64,000 nucleotides of DNA from a virus. Numbering within the stretch: the first letter of the stretch is position 1; every line of letters starts with the position of its first letter. The stretch is taken from the IMG/VR virus record IMGVR_UViG_3300031088_000734; one strand, 5' to 3'. The notes beneath the pieces were generated by a model, which did not search any database, had not been told where the DNA came from, and was given only the letters and a program-made list of their open reading frames with translations. A program made the translations under genes and the position numbers. This document shows, in pieces, positions 18,979 to 29,602 of the stretch.

Positions 18979-19323
18979 ATGGCATTAGTCATTTTTGAGG
19001 ATGGCACAGCGAATAGTGCAAATGCAGTAGATCAACCAGAATTTTATGATGAACTAGGTAGGCCCAACACCATGTTCATGCAAAGTGTTTTAGAAACAAC
19101 CAACATAGGGGCTATCTATTTTGAAGACCCAGAAGATGTCATTAGTTACAAAGGCGTTGATTATTCGTTAATTCTTGTCGATAACGAAGCAGAAGACAAA
19201 GGGCTTTCTGTCAACAAATTTGCTACTGAGGTCACTAGACGTATGGGGTTGATTGAAGAGGATGAAGTTCTTAAAGGAGTTGTTATGTTTGTGGCGGTTA
19301 CAGAATTAGGTCCAATGGAATAA
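18979..19323 (+). CDS. DUF3846-like protein, paralog of 18539..18907
   Basis: LVDNEAEDKGLSVNKFATEV. Confidence 0.55.
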   Translation: MALVIFEDGTANSANAVDQPEFYDELGRPNTMFMQSVLETTNIGAIYFEDPEDVISYKGVDYSLILVDNEAEDKGLSVNKFATEVTRRMGLIEEDEVLKGVVMFVAVTELGPME

Positions 19324-19338
19324 GTTTTTTAATAGGAG

Positions 19339-19599
19339 ATGTATATGAGTGTATTTAAGATTGAAGCTGATGGTAAGATGCATGTGTTTAATTTGGTAAA
19401 ATTTAACTTGTATGACAATCGTGGTAATGGTTATGTTCTACATACTGATAATGCTTCACAATTAAAAGCTTTAACAGTTGGACAGAATATTGACAGGTTA
19501 GATATTTTAGAAGGTGTTGGTCAAGTGGCTCGTGGCCTTATTGTTAAAGAAATAAATGATACAACGCTAACACTTGTTCATCATTATGTTTTAAAATAA
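19339..19599 (+). CDS. Hypothetical protein
   Basis: AGGAG SD. Confidence 0.65.
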   Translation: MYMSVFKIEADGKMHVFNLVKFNLYDNRGNGYVLHTDNASQLKALTVGQNIDRLDILEGVGQVARGLIVKEINDTTLTLVHHYVLK

Positions 19600-19724
19600 A
19601 AAAGCATTAATGACAGCTTTTAATAAAAAGACCTTTATGGTCTTTTTTACTTTAAATATAACCTTATTTGACAATTATTTGGCTTGCATTATAATATGAG
19701 TATATAACAGTTATTGTGGCTAAC

Positions 19725-20261
19725 ATGAATAATAAACTTTTTTTATTTGCACTTTTTGGATTAATTCCTGTCACTTCTATAGCTGAGTATAGAATGAATA
19801 TCAATTTCTCTGATCCATCCAGTATTTCTTTTGGAACAAACACCAGTGAACCGGGTGAAGGTACACCAGAAGAACCTACAGATCCAGTTGATGCTTGCCC
19901 AACCAGCTTTCCAACTCCTACATTAGCAGCAGGATTTCCAACGATTATAAAATCTGGTGCATCCGTTAATTATAGTGTTCAAATTACTTCGGCTGGGGGT
20001 TATGCTAGTATGGCAGAAGTGGGATCGGGACAGCGTTTTGTTAAAATTGTTACGACTCATGTATCAGGAGTTGGTTATGGTGATGGTGGTCTTTATGTAG
20101 GAACGACTCAAACATGGGGTGTAAATGCTGGTGAAACTCTCAATGTCGTTTTAACTCCAGTTGCTTATGACATGCAAGAAGGCACTCAATGTCCTATTAC
20201 TGGAACACCTTTTACATTGGTTAATAAAACACACGCCCAACTTTATTCAGAAGCACAATAA
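19725..20261 (+). CDS. Secreted protein (AEYRMNI N-terminus family)
   Basis: Signal peptide, AEYRM motif, Pro/Glu-rich linker. Confidence 0.7.
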   Translation: MNNKLFLFALFGLIPVTSIAEYRMNINFSDPSSISFGTNTSEPGEGTPEEPTDPVDACPTSFPTPTLAAGFPTIIKSGASVNYSVQITSAGGYASMAEVGSGQRFVKIVTTHVSGVGYGDGGLYVGTTQTWGVNAGETLNVVLTPVAYDMQEGTQCPITGTPFTLVNKTHAQLYSEAQ

Positions 20262-20367
20262 TTGTTTCAGTTATTTAAAGGAGCCTTTCGAGGTTCTTTT
20301 TTAATCCTTGATATTTGTCTTGGTGTTTGGTAAAATAGCTCCATATTTCATGAAGAGAGTATTAACA

Positions 20368-20706
20368 ATGACCACTACTATCCTTACTGTTGAACAGCAA
20401 CGTAATCGTTTTGTAAAACACCACAAAAACGCAGCACCTGTTGGTTTTGACTACACCTTTGAAGGTAATGGTTTTAAAGACATTATGCTGAATGGTATCT
20501 TTTTGGGGTGGCTGTTGGCGGTTGAAGCACAGACCAAAGACGAAGTGAATCTCTATTACAGCCGAACCTATGGTTGGAAACTTGAATCTGCTGATAGTGG
20601 TTTCACTGTTCCTTCGCCAGAATTCATGCGGCGGTCGGATGAATATAAAGTCATTGAATGGGCTAAAGAACATGGTTTCTTGGTGATTAAAGTTGATGAT
20701 GAATAA
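20368..20706 (+). CDS. Hypothetical protein
   Basis: ORF with promoter and terminator. Confidence 0.65.
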   Translation: MTTTILTVEQQRNRFVKHHKNAAPVGFDYTFEGNGFKDIMLNGIFLGWLLAVEAQTKDEVNLYYSRTYGWKLESADSGFTVPSPEFMRRSDEYKVIEWAKEHGFLVIKVDDE

Positions 20707-20748
20707 TGTTTGACTGCATAAAAAAGCCCAGCTAATGCTGGGTTTTCT

Positions 20749-21258
20749 TTATTTCTTATTCCATTTTTCCTGACAGACAAATCGTATGCGTTCTATTTCA
20801 TCCAAGAACCATTGATAATCAGTCGCAAGATAGATTTTGTATTTCCCGTTCTTTCCATACCAGTTGAAATGGATAAATGGTAATGTAGACGCCACCAACA
20901 TATTGAGCAAATCTCTATTTTGACGCAGCTTACACCTTAAACCTTCTAAGATATCTTCGACTTCTTCACTGGTCAATCCTGTTGTTCGTGGATTTAACTT
21001 ATCCATTTCATCACCTTTTTGTTTGGCTTCATAACCATACAGTGATCTTAACTCATCATGTTGTTGACCAGACCAAAGCCATGCCCAATACCCCTCTAAA
21101 CTCTCGAAGTGCCCGTGTTTGGGATGATTGAAGGGGTAGTGTGCGAAGTTGCTTAATGCTTTTCCAAGTTTTGTCTTTCCTTTGGAAGCCGCATTAATAA
21201 ATAGAATGCCATCGTTATCTGGCGAAATGTCTTCTTCTTGCAGAATGGTAATTGTCAT
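20749..21258 (-). CDS. NADAR-like (T4 gp30.3-like) protein
   Basis: LSNFAHYPF...G.FESLEGYW resembles the LSNF..PF / S.EG motif of phage NADAR proteins. Confidence 0.5.
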   Translation of the reverse strand: MTITILQEEDISPDNDGILFINAASKGKTKLGKALSNFAHYPFNHPKHGHFESLEGYWAWLWSGQQHDELRSLYGYEAKQKGDEMDKLNPRTTGLTSEEVEDILEGLRCKLRQNRDLLNMLVASTLPFIHFNWYGKNGKYKIYLATDYQWFLDEIERIRFVCQEKWNKK

Positions 21259-21331
21259 TGTTAATAACTCCTGAGATCTCTATTAACAATAACATGTTTT
21301 TTAATCTTTTCAATTTAGGTTAGTGACGCTT

Positions 21332-21778
21332 TTAGTCTTTTGGTGCTTCTTTAGTCAACCTTGCTTCAAAGTCTTTGTAGTTTTTGATAGCCACTCGCAT
21401 TTCAGATTCGAGCTTTTCTTTCTTTTGTTCATCAACAATTCTTTGATCCAAAGTGACTTTTGGTTTTTCATTGAGATCTTGAATGCAATCGGTAATCCAA
21501 GAAATAAAGACACCATGTCGAATAGCTTTCACAGCTTTATAAAGAAACAATAGTGTCATGATCCCCACACCAATGCAACCAATGGTGAACATCACTGTCG
21601 ATATAAGGAAATACAATGGAAAGAAAAAGTCAGATTCAGCCACGTAGCTTATACGGATAATGAACTGCAGCATAAACCCAAGCACAATCATTGCCATTGA
21701 TAAGCAGAAAACGGAACTCTTTACAGAGTTATCTACCAACATCCAGCTTGGTATTTTTGATTTTAGGTCTATGCTCAT
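21332..21778 (-). CDS. Two-TM membrane protein
   Basis: Two hydrophobic helices. Confidence 0.7.
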   Translation of the reverse strand: MSIDLKSKIPSWMLVDNSVKSSVFCLSMAMIVLGFMLQFIIRISYVAESDFFFPLYFLISTVMFTIGCIGVGIMTLLFLYKAVKAIRHGVFISWITDCIQDLNEKPKVTLDQRIVDEQKKEKLESEMRVAIKNYKDFEARLTKEAPKD

Positions 21779-21850
21779 TGTTCAAATCCTCATTAATTAC
21801 TGCAATTGTATCAAATGTAAACATACATTGCAATATATTATAACAATATA

Positions 21851-22378
21851 TTATATCGTTAACATGTTAGCTACAGTCAATCTCTGATTAAACTCAACAC
21901 TGTTGAAATCATATACACCCACTACATCCATTTCTGGCAACAACTCTTTTAGTTCTGACCCTTTGTAATGCTTGGACAGCATGAGTAATTTCAATAACTT
22001 TTGATCCAAACCCACATTAAAGTTACAGATGACTTTTTCATTGATATTACGTTCATAACGATAAACAATATCATTCAGTTCAAGATGGTTTTCACCTTTA
22101 ACATCTTCATAGAAAATCCAGAGCATGGCTCCGTTGGCTTTATTATAAAATGAGAAACGTAATCGTTTGAATTTACCATCGTCAAAAATGGCATCACAAT
22201 CTTCTAGCATCCCCGGAAAGGATATGCCTAATTTAATGGTGTCAAAGTTGAGTGTTGTCTTGTAGATTAATCCACATGTTCCTTTGATGGCTGCATGCTC
22301 ACAAAGAACTTCAAAATAGCCGGGAAGCCCCCATTTATTTTTATCTTTGAAGTCCGTTAAAACAAATTTTTCGTACAT
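21851..22378 (-). CDS. Family A paralog
   Basis: C-terminus ELLPEMDVVGVYDFNSVEFNQRLTVANMLTI. Confidence 0.75.
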   Translation of the reverse strand: MYEKFVLTDFKDKNKWGLPGYFEVLCEHAAIKGTCGLIYKTTLNFDTIKLGISFPGMLEDCDAIFDDGKFKRLRFSFYNKANGAMLWIFYEDVKGENHLELNDIVYRYERNINEKVICNFNVGLDQKLLKLLMLSKHYKGSELKELLPEMDVVGVYDFNSVEFNQRLTVANMLTI

Positions 22379-22379
22379 A

Positions 22380-22892
22380 TTAAATTAACACCATTTTAGC
22401 GAGATCCAGCCTTTGTCTGAAATTATCACTGTTTAAATCATATACACCTGTCTGATAAAATTCTGGAAATGTTTCTTCCACGAATTCTTTTTGACCTGTT
22501 TTGCTACTCATCAAGATTTTGATCATATCTTCATCAAGAATAGCTCCAAATCTATATTTTTGATGATCTTCAATATGTCCACCAGATGGGTTATATCCGA
22601 ATGCTGTTCTAATAAAGTTCAAATCTTTATCAACTGTAATGCTTAGTATTTTATTATATCTTCTGCTATTAAAAGCAAAATGAATATGTTTAAGACAACC
22701 TTCATCTGTAAAGTAAGCGTGACAGGTTTCTTCCAAATCATCAAATTTCATGCCTGTTTTAACATCAGGAAGACTTAGATTTTTATTGTTTGCATAACGA
22801 TTAATTTCTTTTTCAGCAATAGCTTCTACAAGATCGATAAAACCTGTTTTATCCGCTTGAAAAAAATTTGACATTTTAGGGTATTCCGACAT
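22380..22892 (-). CDS. Family A paralog
   Basis: C-terminus ETFPEFYQTGVYDLNSDNFRQRLDLAKMVLI. Confidence 0.75.
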   Translation of the reverse strand: MSEYPKMSNFFQADKTGFIDLVEAIAEKEINRYANNKNLSLPDVKTGMKFDDLEETCHAYFTDEGCLKHIHFAFNSRRYNKILSITVDKDLNFIRTAFGYNPSGGHIEDHQKYRFGAILDEDMIKILMSSKTGQKEFVEETFPEFYQTGVYDLNSDNFRQRLDLAKMVLI

Positions 22893-23064
22893 GAATAAAC
22901 TCCATTGAAAATTAGACATTTATTATAGCACAGAAGATTCCAAAAATGCAAATGTGAAATAAATCCGTTTTTGACATCAATATGTTTCTATTTATTACAA
23001 AATTTTCTTTGATCTATGTCAATAAATAGTGTATAATTCTAATATCATTTAAGGTACCTAAACT

Positions 23065-24063
23065 ATGCACAACTTTCATTCTCATCATGCTCACGACGAT
23101 CATGCTCATGATCCCGTTAACGTCGCTAATCATGACCATTGTCCAAGTCTTCATATTCATGACATCAATAAACAGAAATCGAGTGGTCGTAAAAAGCTTG
23201 CTATGATCATGACGATTACCTTTGCTTTTGCCATTGTTGAAATGGTCGGTGGTTGGTTCTCTGGGTCGTTAGCCTTGATTTCAGATGCTTTTCATATGCT
23301 GACTGATTCGTCTTCTCTTATGCTCGCTTTAATCATGGCAATTCTGGCTCAAAGACCAGCAGATGATAAGTATTCCTATGGGCATGGTCGTTGGGAGATT
23401 ATCGGGGCATTACTGAATGGTATTTTCATGATTGCCGTGATTGTCTTCTTAATTTATGAAGGTATTGATAGAATCTTGAACCCAAGACCTGTTGAATCGA
23501 CTACGATTATCTGGATTGCAACTATTGGATTGTTGATCAATATCTTTGCTGCATGGTTACTTCACTCCCATAGTCATTCATTAAACACCCGTGGGGCGTT
23601 TCTTCATGTCTTGGGTGATTTGCTGGGTAGTGTTGCTGCGATTGCGGCTGGTGTGCTTATCTACTTTACTGGCATGACCATTTTTGACCCAATTATCTCT
23701 ATCGTTGTTGCTCTTATTTTGGTTGCACCTACTTATAATTTATTGAAACAAACGTCTCGTATTATCTTAGAAGGTGTTCCAGAACATATTGATTATGTTG
23801 AAGTGGGTAAAAGTTTAAACGAAGTACAAAATGTCCTTTCCGTTCATGACCTTCACATTTGGTCAATGACATCAGAACATATTTCATTATCAGCACACGT
23901 TGAAATTGCAAGCATTGATCAATGGGAACAAGTATTAGCTGACATCCAGCTCATGTTGTCTAATAAATTCCAGATTAACCACATCACTCTTCAACCCGAA
24001 GTCCATAAAGAACATAAAGATGATCCTTTTGAAGACAATCATCTGGTTGAAGACGCTAACTAA
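23065..24063 (+). CDS. Cation diffusion facilitator (ZitB/CzcD-like) Zn/Co/Cd transporter
   Basis: His-rich N-terminus, GSLALISDAFHMLTD, FLHVLGDLLGS, VHDLHIW, HITLQPE; six TM helices. Confidence 0.92.
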   Translation: MHNFHSHHAHDDHAHDPVNVANHDHCPSLHIHDINKQKSSGRKKLAMIMTITFAFAIVEMVGGWFSGSLALISDAFHMLTDSSSLMLALIMAILAQRPADDKYSYGHGRWEIIGALLNGIFMIAVIVFLIYEGIDRILNPRPVESTTIIWIATIGLLINIFAAWLLHSHSHSLNTRGAFLHVLGDLLGSVAAIAAGVLIYFTGMTIFDPIISIVVALILVAPTYNLLKQTSRIILEGVPEHIDYVEVGKSLNEVQNVLSVHDLHIWSMTSEHISLSAHVEIASIDQWEQVLADIQLMLSNKFQINHITLQPEVHKEHKDDPFEDNHLVEDAN

Positions 24064-24128
24064 ATACTTCTATCTATCGTCCGTTGTTTGTGGTATACTC
24101 GCTATATTCTCAATAACGGACTTTTAAC

Positions 24129-24398
24129 ATGCACTATTTGAAATACCTGTTTGACTGGAACAACCATCCTATTCGTAGCCTCTACGTCTTAATTCCTATT
24201 GTTATCCTTAAATTTGGCTATTTGTTGGCATATTCTGTTGCACAGATAACGGTCAATCACTACTGGGTTCCCTTGATTATTACCGTGCTGGGGTTTATTC
24301 TGTTCATGGTTTGCGTTTGGCCGCTATATCAGATTATTCGTGATAAGGAAGCCGAAAAGAAAACTCAAAAAAACCAGAAACTTGACGAAAAACATTAA
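24129..24398 (+). CDS. Small two-TM membrane protein
   Basis: Hydrophobic helices, basic tail. Confidence 0.65.
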   Translation: MHYLKYLFDWNNHPIRSLYVLIPIVILKFGYLLAYSVAQITVNHYWVPLIITVLGFILFMVCVWPLYQIIRDKEAEKKTQKNQKLDEKH

Positions 24399-24521
24399 AA
24401 TAATTGACCGTTTTTAATTTTAGTGCTATAATTTAGTTCTCAATTAAACACCAACTAATGTCACCCCATTAGTTTAGATAACAACATTGACCATAACATT
24501 TACAATTTTTGGAGTCCTACA

Positions 24522-24854
24522 ATGACTAACGCTACTATCAAGATCGATAACAAAGAAATTTCTACTCTGGCCGCAGAATGGCTTGATGCTATTGAAAACA
24601 TTCCGAACGAAAGCATTTATTCTAAAATGAAAGTGCGAGAAGAGTCGATGAACTTGTGGAACATGTTCCGCACCAACTGCGATGTGCTGGTTAACGGTGA
24701 TGTTTCTATCGTGGTGGCCGAAACTGACATCATGGCAAAATCGAAGGCATATGCGATATTTGTGCATTCTTTGCCAGAAGATATTCGTGAATTGTTTAAT
24801 CACAAGTTTGAAAATTTCTGGGAAGCTGTTTGTTCTCATATGGTTCTTAAATAA
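24522..24854 (+). CDS. Hypothetical protein
   Basis: GGAG SD, terminator. Confidence 0.7.
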   Translation: MTNATIKIDNKEISTLAAEWLDAIENIPNESIYSKMKVREESMNLWNMFRTNCDVLVNGDVSIVVAETDIMAKSKAYAIFVHSLPEDIRELFNHKFENFWEAVCSHMVLK

Positions 24855-24894
24855 TTCAAAACATGTAGATATGAATAAAGCCTCTTCGGAGGCT

Positions 24895-25797
24895 TTATTT
24901 TTTGAACATTATATCTAGTTTACCTACATAATCATTTATGTTAGGAAGTCCATCACATAGGTAATCTGCATTAAAGCTACTGCCTATGTTTGAGAAATAT
25001 CTTCTTTCCATTGTACATATATAATCTTTTGGTGATTTTTCAGTTCTGATGATTACTTCGTTTGGAACATCTAATAATGTAGTTGATTGAACACCATCCA
25101 TTCTTATTTTTAGGGTTTGCTCCAAGCTTGGAATAATATAGTTTTCTGGATACACATCATTTTCTTGGCTTCTCATTGAGCCATTGACTTCATAAATGTC
25201 TCGTTGTGCTTTGTAGACATCATCACTGTAATCAAATGTAATTGCTACATTCAAATTACCTAATGAATTTTGTAATGATGTTGTATTTTCTATTATTTGG
25301 ATATCTTTATTACTCGCAATACCTTCATATTCTATATTGTATCTTTTATGATTTCCACTTGGCACTAATTGTGGGTTTCTTTTTAGTTCAATAGAAATAG
25401 TTGGAAATGAATAAGTTGGTTTATTTTCATTCATTTCATAATTCTCATTAGGCAACAATGACTTTAATGCTTCAGTTGTCGCTTGTCGTTCGATATCAGA
25501 AACAATAACTCTTCTTAATGGAATTTTAAAACTGTCGTCAATAGTATAACGTCTACCTTGTAAAAGCTTTTGTTCCTTTTGTCTGTATAATTCAGGATCT
25601 ATTTTATCTATGGCAGTATTTAACACTTCATCTTCAATACCTACAAACGAGTCTTTTTTAACGGTTTGAACGGTTTCTACTGTTTTTGCATGGTTAATGC
25701 CTTCGACTTCAACTACTTTTTCTTCTTTTACGCTGTAATATAAAATACCACTAATTGCTATTACTGGTATCCATATCAGTACATCTTTTTTAGCCAT
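24895..25797 (-). CDS. N-terminally anchored membrane protein
   Basis: Single N-terminal TM, AGGAA SD. Confidence 0.65.
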   Translation of the reverse strand: MAKKDVLIWIPVIAISGILYYSVKEEKVVEVEGINHAKTVETVQTVKKDSFVGIEDEVLNTAIDKIDPELYRQKEQKLLQGRRYTIDDSFKIPLRRVIVSDIERQATTEALKSLLPNENYEMNENKPTYSFPTISIELKRNPQLVPSGNHKRYNIEYEGIASNKDIQIIENTTSLQNSLGNLNVAITFDYSDDVYKAQRDIYEVNGSMRSQENDVYPENYIIPSLEQTLKIRMDGVQSTTLLDVPNEVIIRTEKSPKDYICTMERRYFSNIGSSFNADYLCDGLPNINDYVGKLDIMFKK

Positions 25798-26099
25798 CTT
25801 AAATTCCTGTAGGTATTCTTTAAATAAGACCATATAATCATTATAATGTCAATATATTCCTTTTTATATAATGTTATTTTTAATCATTAGAGTGTTGATT
25901 TAATTTGAATAATTGCAACAAAAATGTCATGTTAAAATTTTAACTTTTCTTATTTAATTGAGGATTAACCTTATATTTTATTTTTAAATCAATTAACCTA
26001 TTATTTATTGAAAATATTTTAAAATTTATTTTTAATCTTTATTTAAATTTTGACAACCTTAATTTTAAAGCAAAAAAAAGAGCCACAAGGCTCTTTATC

Positions 26100-26357
26100 T
26101 TATTGTTTTGGCACATACACTGGTGTTGGCACTGTCTTGCCATCAAAACAACGATGTGGCCCAGCTAAATGCCAGACTTTTTCGTCATCTTGTGTGCCAA
26201 TGTATTCACAATTTTCTATTTGGAATTTTTTGTAACTGAAACCATAACCTGTTGTTTGCAACTTAGTATCACTGAAACTACTGTCATTGACTGCGTTTGC
26301 ACAACCTGTTAACAAAACCGCACCCGCCAGTAAAACTCCATACATTAACTTATTCAT
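26100..26357 (-). CDS. Small lipoprotein
   Basis: Lipobox LLTGC; paired Cys. Confidence 0.75.
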   Translation of the reverse strand: MNKLMYGVLLAGAVLLTGCANAVNDSSFSDTKLQTTGYGFSYKKFQIENCEYIGTQDDEKVWHLAGPHRCFDGKTVPTPVYVPKQ

Positions 26358-26467
26358 TCAAACTCCTTTTAGTTATTAGACACTTTATAAAACAAATAAA
26401 ACTTTAAGTCAACCACTAATCAAAGTTTTAATTAAAATAATCAACGTTATACCACTAACAAAAGTAA

Positions 26468-26914
26468 TTAAACATTCACTTTTTTAACTTTACGAAGTTC
26501 TTTTAGTTTATGCTCAATTTTGCCTTTTTCGAAGTTGCAATCCATACACATAGTCTGGGTATTTTTTATGCTATCAGCACCACCCAAAGAACGAGCCAGA
26601 ATATGGTCGTGGGTCATGAGCACTTGTTGACCATTCTCACGAATAGCCCATAGATTAAGGTGGTAGTTTTCATCAATGGCATGACGTTCCATTGCAAAGA
26701 AGGCGGCTTTCACACCACAGTCAACACATTCGGTGCCATGCACAACAAATGTGAGTAGACGCAAAGAACTCAATTTAACTTGTTGTCCCGAAAACTCAAC
26801 TCGTTTTGATTTGTTCTTTTCTTTGTTGATTGGGGGATTGTCATTGTATGCTTTGATAGCTTGTAGAGTTTCATTAAGGTCGCACTCTTTCAGCCGAATG
26901 TAATTAGTAGCCAT
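26468..26914 (-). CDS. HNH endonuclease
   Basis: CVDC, then THDHILARSLGG.D...NTQTMCMDCN. Confidence 0.85.
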   Translation of the reverse strand: MATNYIRLKECDLNETLQAIKAYNDNPPINKEKNKSKRVEFSGQQVKLSSLRLLTFVVHGTECVDCGVKAAFFAMERHAIDENYHLNLWAIRENGQQVLMTHDHILARSLGGADSIKNTQTMCMDCNFEKGKIEHKLKELRKVKKVNV

Positions 26915-27014
26915 GATATTTTATTCCTTGCCTTTGTTCGATTAACCTAAGTATATCAAAATGCCTTCAAAAAATCCAGTATTTAGATAACAAAAAATCG
27001 CCATAAGGCGACTT

Positions 27015-27362
27015 TTAAGGTTTTGATGGCTTCCATCTTGGGTTTATGTCAGCAAGCTTGTTTTCAGTGATAGTTGCAGGTCTTAAAGATGATGTAATAA
27101 ATGCCCCTATTTCTCTCTCATTGACTTTGTAACTAGCTTTATTGTTTAAATTTTCAGTTTCAACTTTGTATTCCTGACCTCTAAATTCAACTCTTACCGC
27201 AGTGACTGGGCTGGATTCGTTGATTTTCAATCCTTCAATTCTTGGCTTGCCTACTTCGATTTCACCTGTTTGAAGGTTGACTAAACATTCTTTTTGAATG
27301 CTTTTTCCATCAGCTCTTGTTTCTACAAAGGACGCTTTCTTTTTAACATCAGTTTCTTTCAT
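27015..27362 (-). CDS. Hypothetical protein
   Basis: ORF with terminator. Confidence 0.65.
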   Translation of the reverse strand: MKETDVKKKASFVETRADGKSIQKECLVNLQTGEIEVGKPRIEGLKINESSPVTAVRVEFRGQEYKVETENLNNKASYKVNEREIGAFITSSLRPATITENKLADINPRWKPSKP

Positions 27363-27480
27363 AATTAAATCTCGTGTTTTTTATTATTATATCATATTTA
27401 AAATATTTCTCAAATTTCTTGTTGCCGATGGTTTCATATTCTGCTATAATCCACCCATTATTCATTATTGAGGATTCAAC

Positions 27481-27969
27481 ATGAACACTGTTCGTCTTAT
27501 TACCATCGTCAATGCTTATACCAAACATCCAGAATTTGACATGAAACATCTTGACGATGTGAATCATCTCTTAGATTCAGTAGCTCGAAAACAATTCGAT
27601 TCAGCCGCTTATGCTCTTAAATCGCTTTCTTCTGGCTTTGGATTCTACCCTGATGAACATAAAGCGGAAGAAGAATTTTGCAAAGCTATTCGTGTTGAAT
27701 TGATGGCTGTTGGTAAAGCTCACTATCATCAAGAAATGGCAAACCAGATTGATTTCATTATGGACAGTCCACATTTTAATCTGTTCATGCCTGTTCTGTT
27801 GCCAGCTCTTAGCACTGAACGCCATATTGTTTTGAACAGTGATAAGCTGGACGAAGCGATTACGTTTTATTCAGAACGTGGTGAGGTGTTCGACCTTGTT
27901 ATTGCTGGTCTTTTGGTTCAAATCGGAAAACTTAACAAACAAATGACTACTTATTGTGAAGGTCAGTAA
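27481..27969 (+). CDS. Hypothetical protein
   Basis: GAGG SD; first gene of a coupled run. Confidence 0.7.
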   Translation: MNTVRLITIVNAYTKHPEFDMKHLDDVNHLLDSVARKQFDSAAYALKSLSSGFGFYPDEHKAEEEFCKAIRVELMAVGKAHYHQEMANQIDFIMDSPHFNLFMPVLLPALSTERHIVLNSDKLDEAITFYSERGEVFDLVIAGLLVQIGKLNKQMTTYCEGQ

Positions 27970-27970
27970 A

Positions 27971-28435
27971 ATGAAGAAAACAGACGTACAGAAACCGCCA
28001 TTGCAAAAACTTAAGGCCCAACATCTGAGAAGTTTTCAGGAAGCCATTGTTGTCGCAGAAGCCATTGCGAAAGAACGAGCCGCTAACATTTGTTTTTATG
28101 CTGGTTCAAATCGTGTTGAAATGAATCGTATGATTGCCGCTAACAACGCAGAATGTGCTTTGTTTAGTGCTGTCTATGAAAAGTTTTATGATCATTTTGA
28201 GTCTCAGTTTTTGACTGATGTCGATATTGAACCTTTTTCAAACGATGATTTGGCTATTATGGAACAGTTGTTCCAGATTAAAACAGATAATATGAGCAAA
28301 GCAAAAGACGATCTATTACGTTATAGCACTGACAATATGGTTTCATTTAGCATCACGGCTGAAATTGGTCGAGTAAACTTTGTTTATAAAGATATTATTG
28401 ACATTGTTAAAGAACACTATATGTTGAAGCAATGA
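27971..28435 (+). CDS. Hypothetical protein
   Basis: Starts 1 nt after previous stop. Confidence 0.7.
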   Translation: MKKTDVQKPPLQKLKAQHLRSFQEAIVVAEAIAKERAANICFYAGSNRVEMNRMIAANNAECALFSAVYEKFYDHFESQFLTDVDIEPFSNDDLAIMEQLFQIKTDNMSKAKDDLLRYSTDNMVSFSITAEIGRVNFVYKDIIDIVKEHYMLKQ

Positions 28436-28980
28436 AGAAAAATATTGAAAAAATAAAACGCCAACTGAATAAACCCTTAGCGAGTAATGGAGTGTCCCTT
28501 GTTCGCTGGGGTGGTTTGTCGATGGTTCGCCAGAAAGGCAACTATGGTCGAGAGACATTCCATGCGGCACCCGAACGCTATGGCTTTTATGCCTTTCTTT
28601 TTCCATTTATTGATTTATTCTTAATCAGTTCAACTAAAAAAACTGAATTTGATGCAGGTGTTCGTAAAGAATTTCATGCCATTGATGGTTTTATCTGGAC
28701 GCACCTTAAACCTTATGACCCGTCCATGATTGTGGCTATCAAAGGCGAATGGTTCAAAGTTCATGTTAAACACCTTAACAAGATGGTGCAGAAAGCTTTT
28801 GCAGTTGAAAGTTCTGTTATTCAAGCTGACTACTTCTTTGAAAACCCAGAAAAAAGGGTGCCTTGGAAGTGCAATCAAGACAAAGAACTCAAAGTTCAAC
28901 GAGTGAATGCTTTTGGTGGCTATGGTCGTATGATTGATAATTTAGAAGTCTTTGTGTGCCGTGATACCAAAATTTCGTAA
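28432..28980 (+). CDS. Hypothetical phage-type protein (LVRWGGL / HAAPERYGFYAF motifs)
   Basis: ATGA overlap with previous gene. Confidence 0.7.
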   Translation: MKKNIEKIKRQLNKPLASNGVSLVRWGGLSMVRQKGNYGRETFHAAPERYGFYAFLFPFIDLFLISSTKKTEFDAGVRKEFHAIDGFIWTHLKPYDPSMIVAIKGEWFKVHVKHLNKMVQKAFAVESSVIQADYFFENPEKRVPWKCNQDKELKVQRVNAFGGYGRMIDNLEVFVCRDTKIS

Positions 28981-29037
28981 TTTCTCTTGTTTTTTCTTGC
29001 TATACTACACTCAATTAAACAGAAAAGAGAGTTTATT

Positions 29038-29337
29038 ATGAACGGTTTACATGTTTTTGATCTAACATCGGCACTCTTTGACACTCCGACTCCACAACCA
29101 GACGTGTATCTTGAAGTGCGTCTTCAATTCAATAGCAATCAAGAAATCGAAACCGTTAACTTTCAAAGCTTGAATGTTTTCAACTTTGTGGCTGATTCGG
29201 TGACTGTTCTTCGTTGGAAACACATCTCTGAATTGGATGGCGAAAAAGATGTGTTGAGTGATGGAGCTAGCTTGGACAGCATGAACAGCTACTTTGCTCA
29301 GTTGGAAGCAAACGCTAAAAAACAAACCAAACGCTAA
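29038..29337 (+). CDS. Hypothetical protein
   Basis: ORF with promoter. Confidence 0.65.
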   Translation: MNGLHVFDLTSALFDTPTPQPDVYLEVRLQFNSNQEIETVNFQSLNVFNFVADSVTVLRWKHISELDGEKDVLSDGASLDSMNSYFAQLEANAKKQTKR

Positions 29338-29350
29338 TAAGGACTATATC

Positions 29351-29545
29351 ATGACTCCTGAACAACGTATCTTGCACGGCCAACGCGAAAGCGACGATGA
29401 TGGTTTTACTTATGTGGCTGGTAAGCACAAAGCTGGTCGTGTTAAACGCACTCGTAACAAGCAGGCTACTGCTCGTTGCATCCGTAACGATAAACGCTCT
29501 GTAAAAGCCGCTGAAACTCAGCGTATGCTTAAAGAGTCTGTCTAA
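29351..29545 (+). CDS. 64-aa basic protein
   Basis: AAGGA SD; Lys/Arg-rich C-half. Confidence 0.7.
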   Translation: MTPEQRILHGQRESDDDGFTYVAGKHKAGRVKRTRNKQATARCIRNDKRSVKAAETQRMLKESV

Positions 29546-29602
29546 TATAACAAGGCTCAAAAGCCTTGTTTTTAATCCCCTAATTGTTTGTCGAGGTTTA
29601 TC

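Noticed and set aside
21775-21792. GTTCAAATCC T-loop-like string
   Set aside because: No flanking T stem or acceptor stem; lies at a gene start
25834-26050. Extremely AT-rich gap as replication origin or gene remnant
   Set aside because: No iterons or DnaA boxes seen and no convincing ORF; compatible with ordinary promoter/terminator spacer
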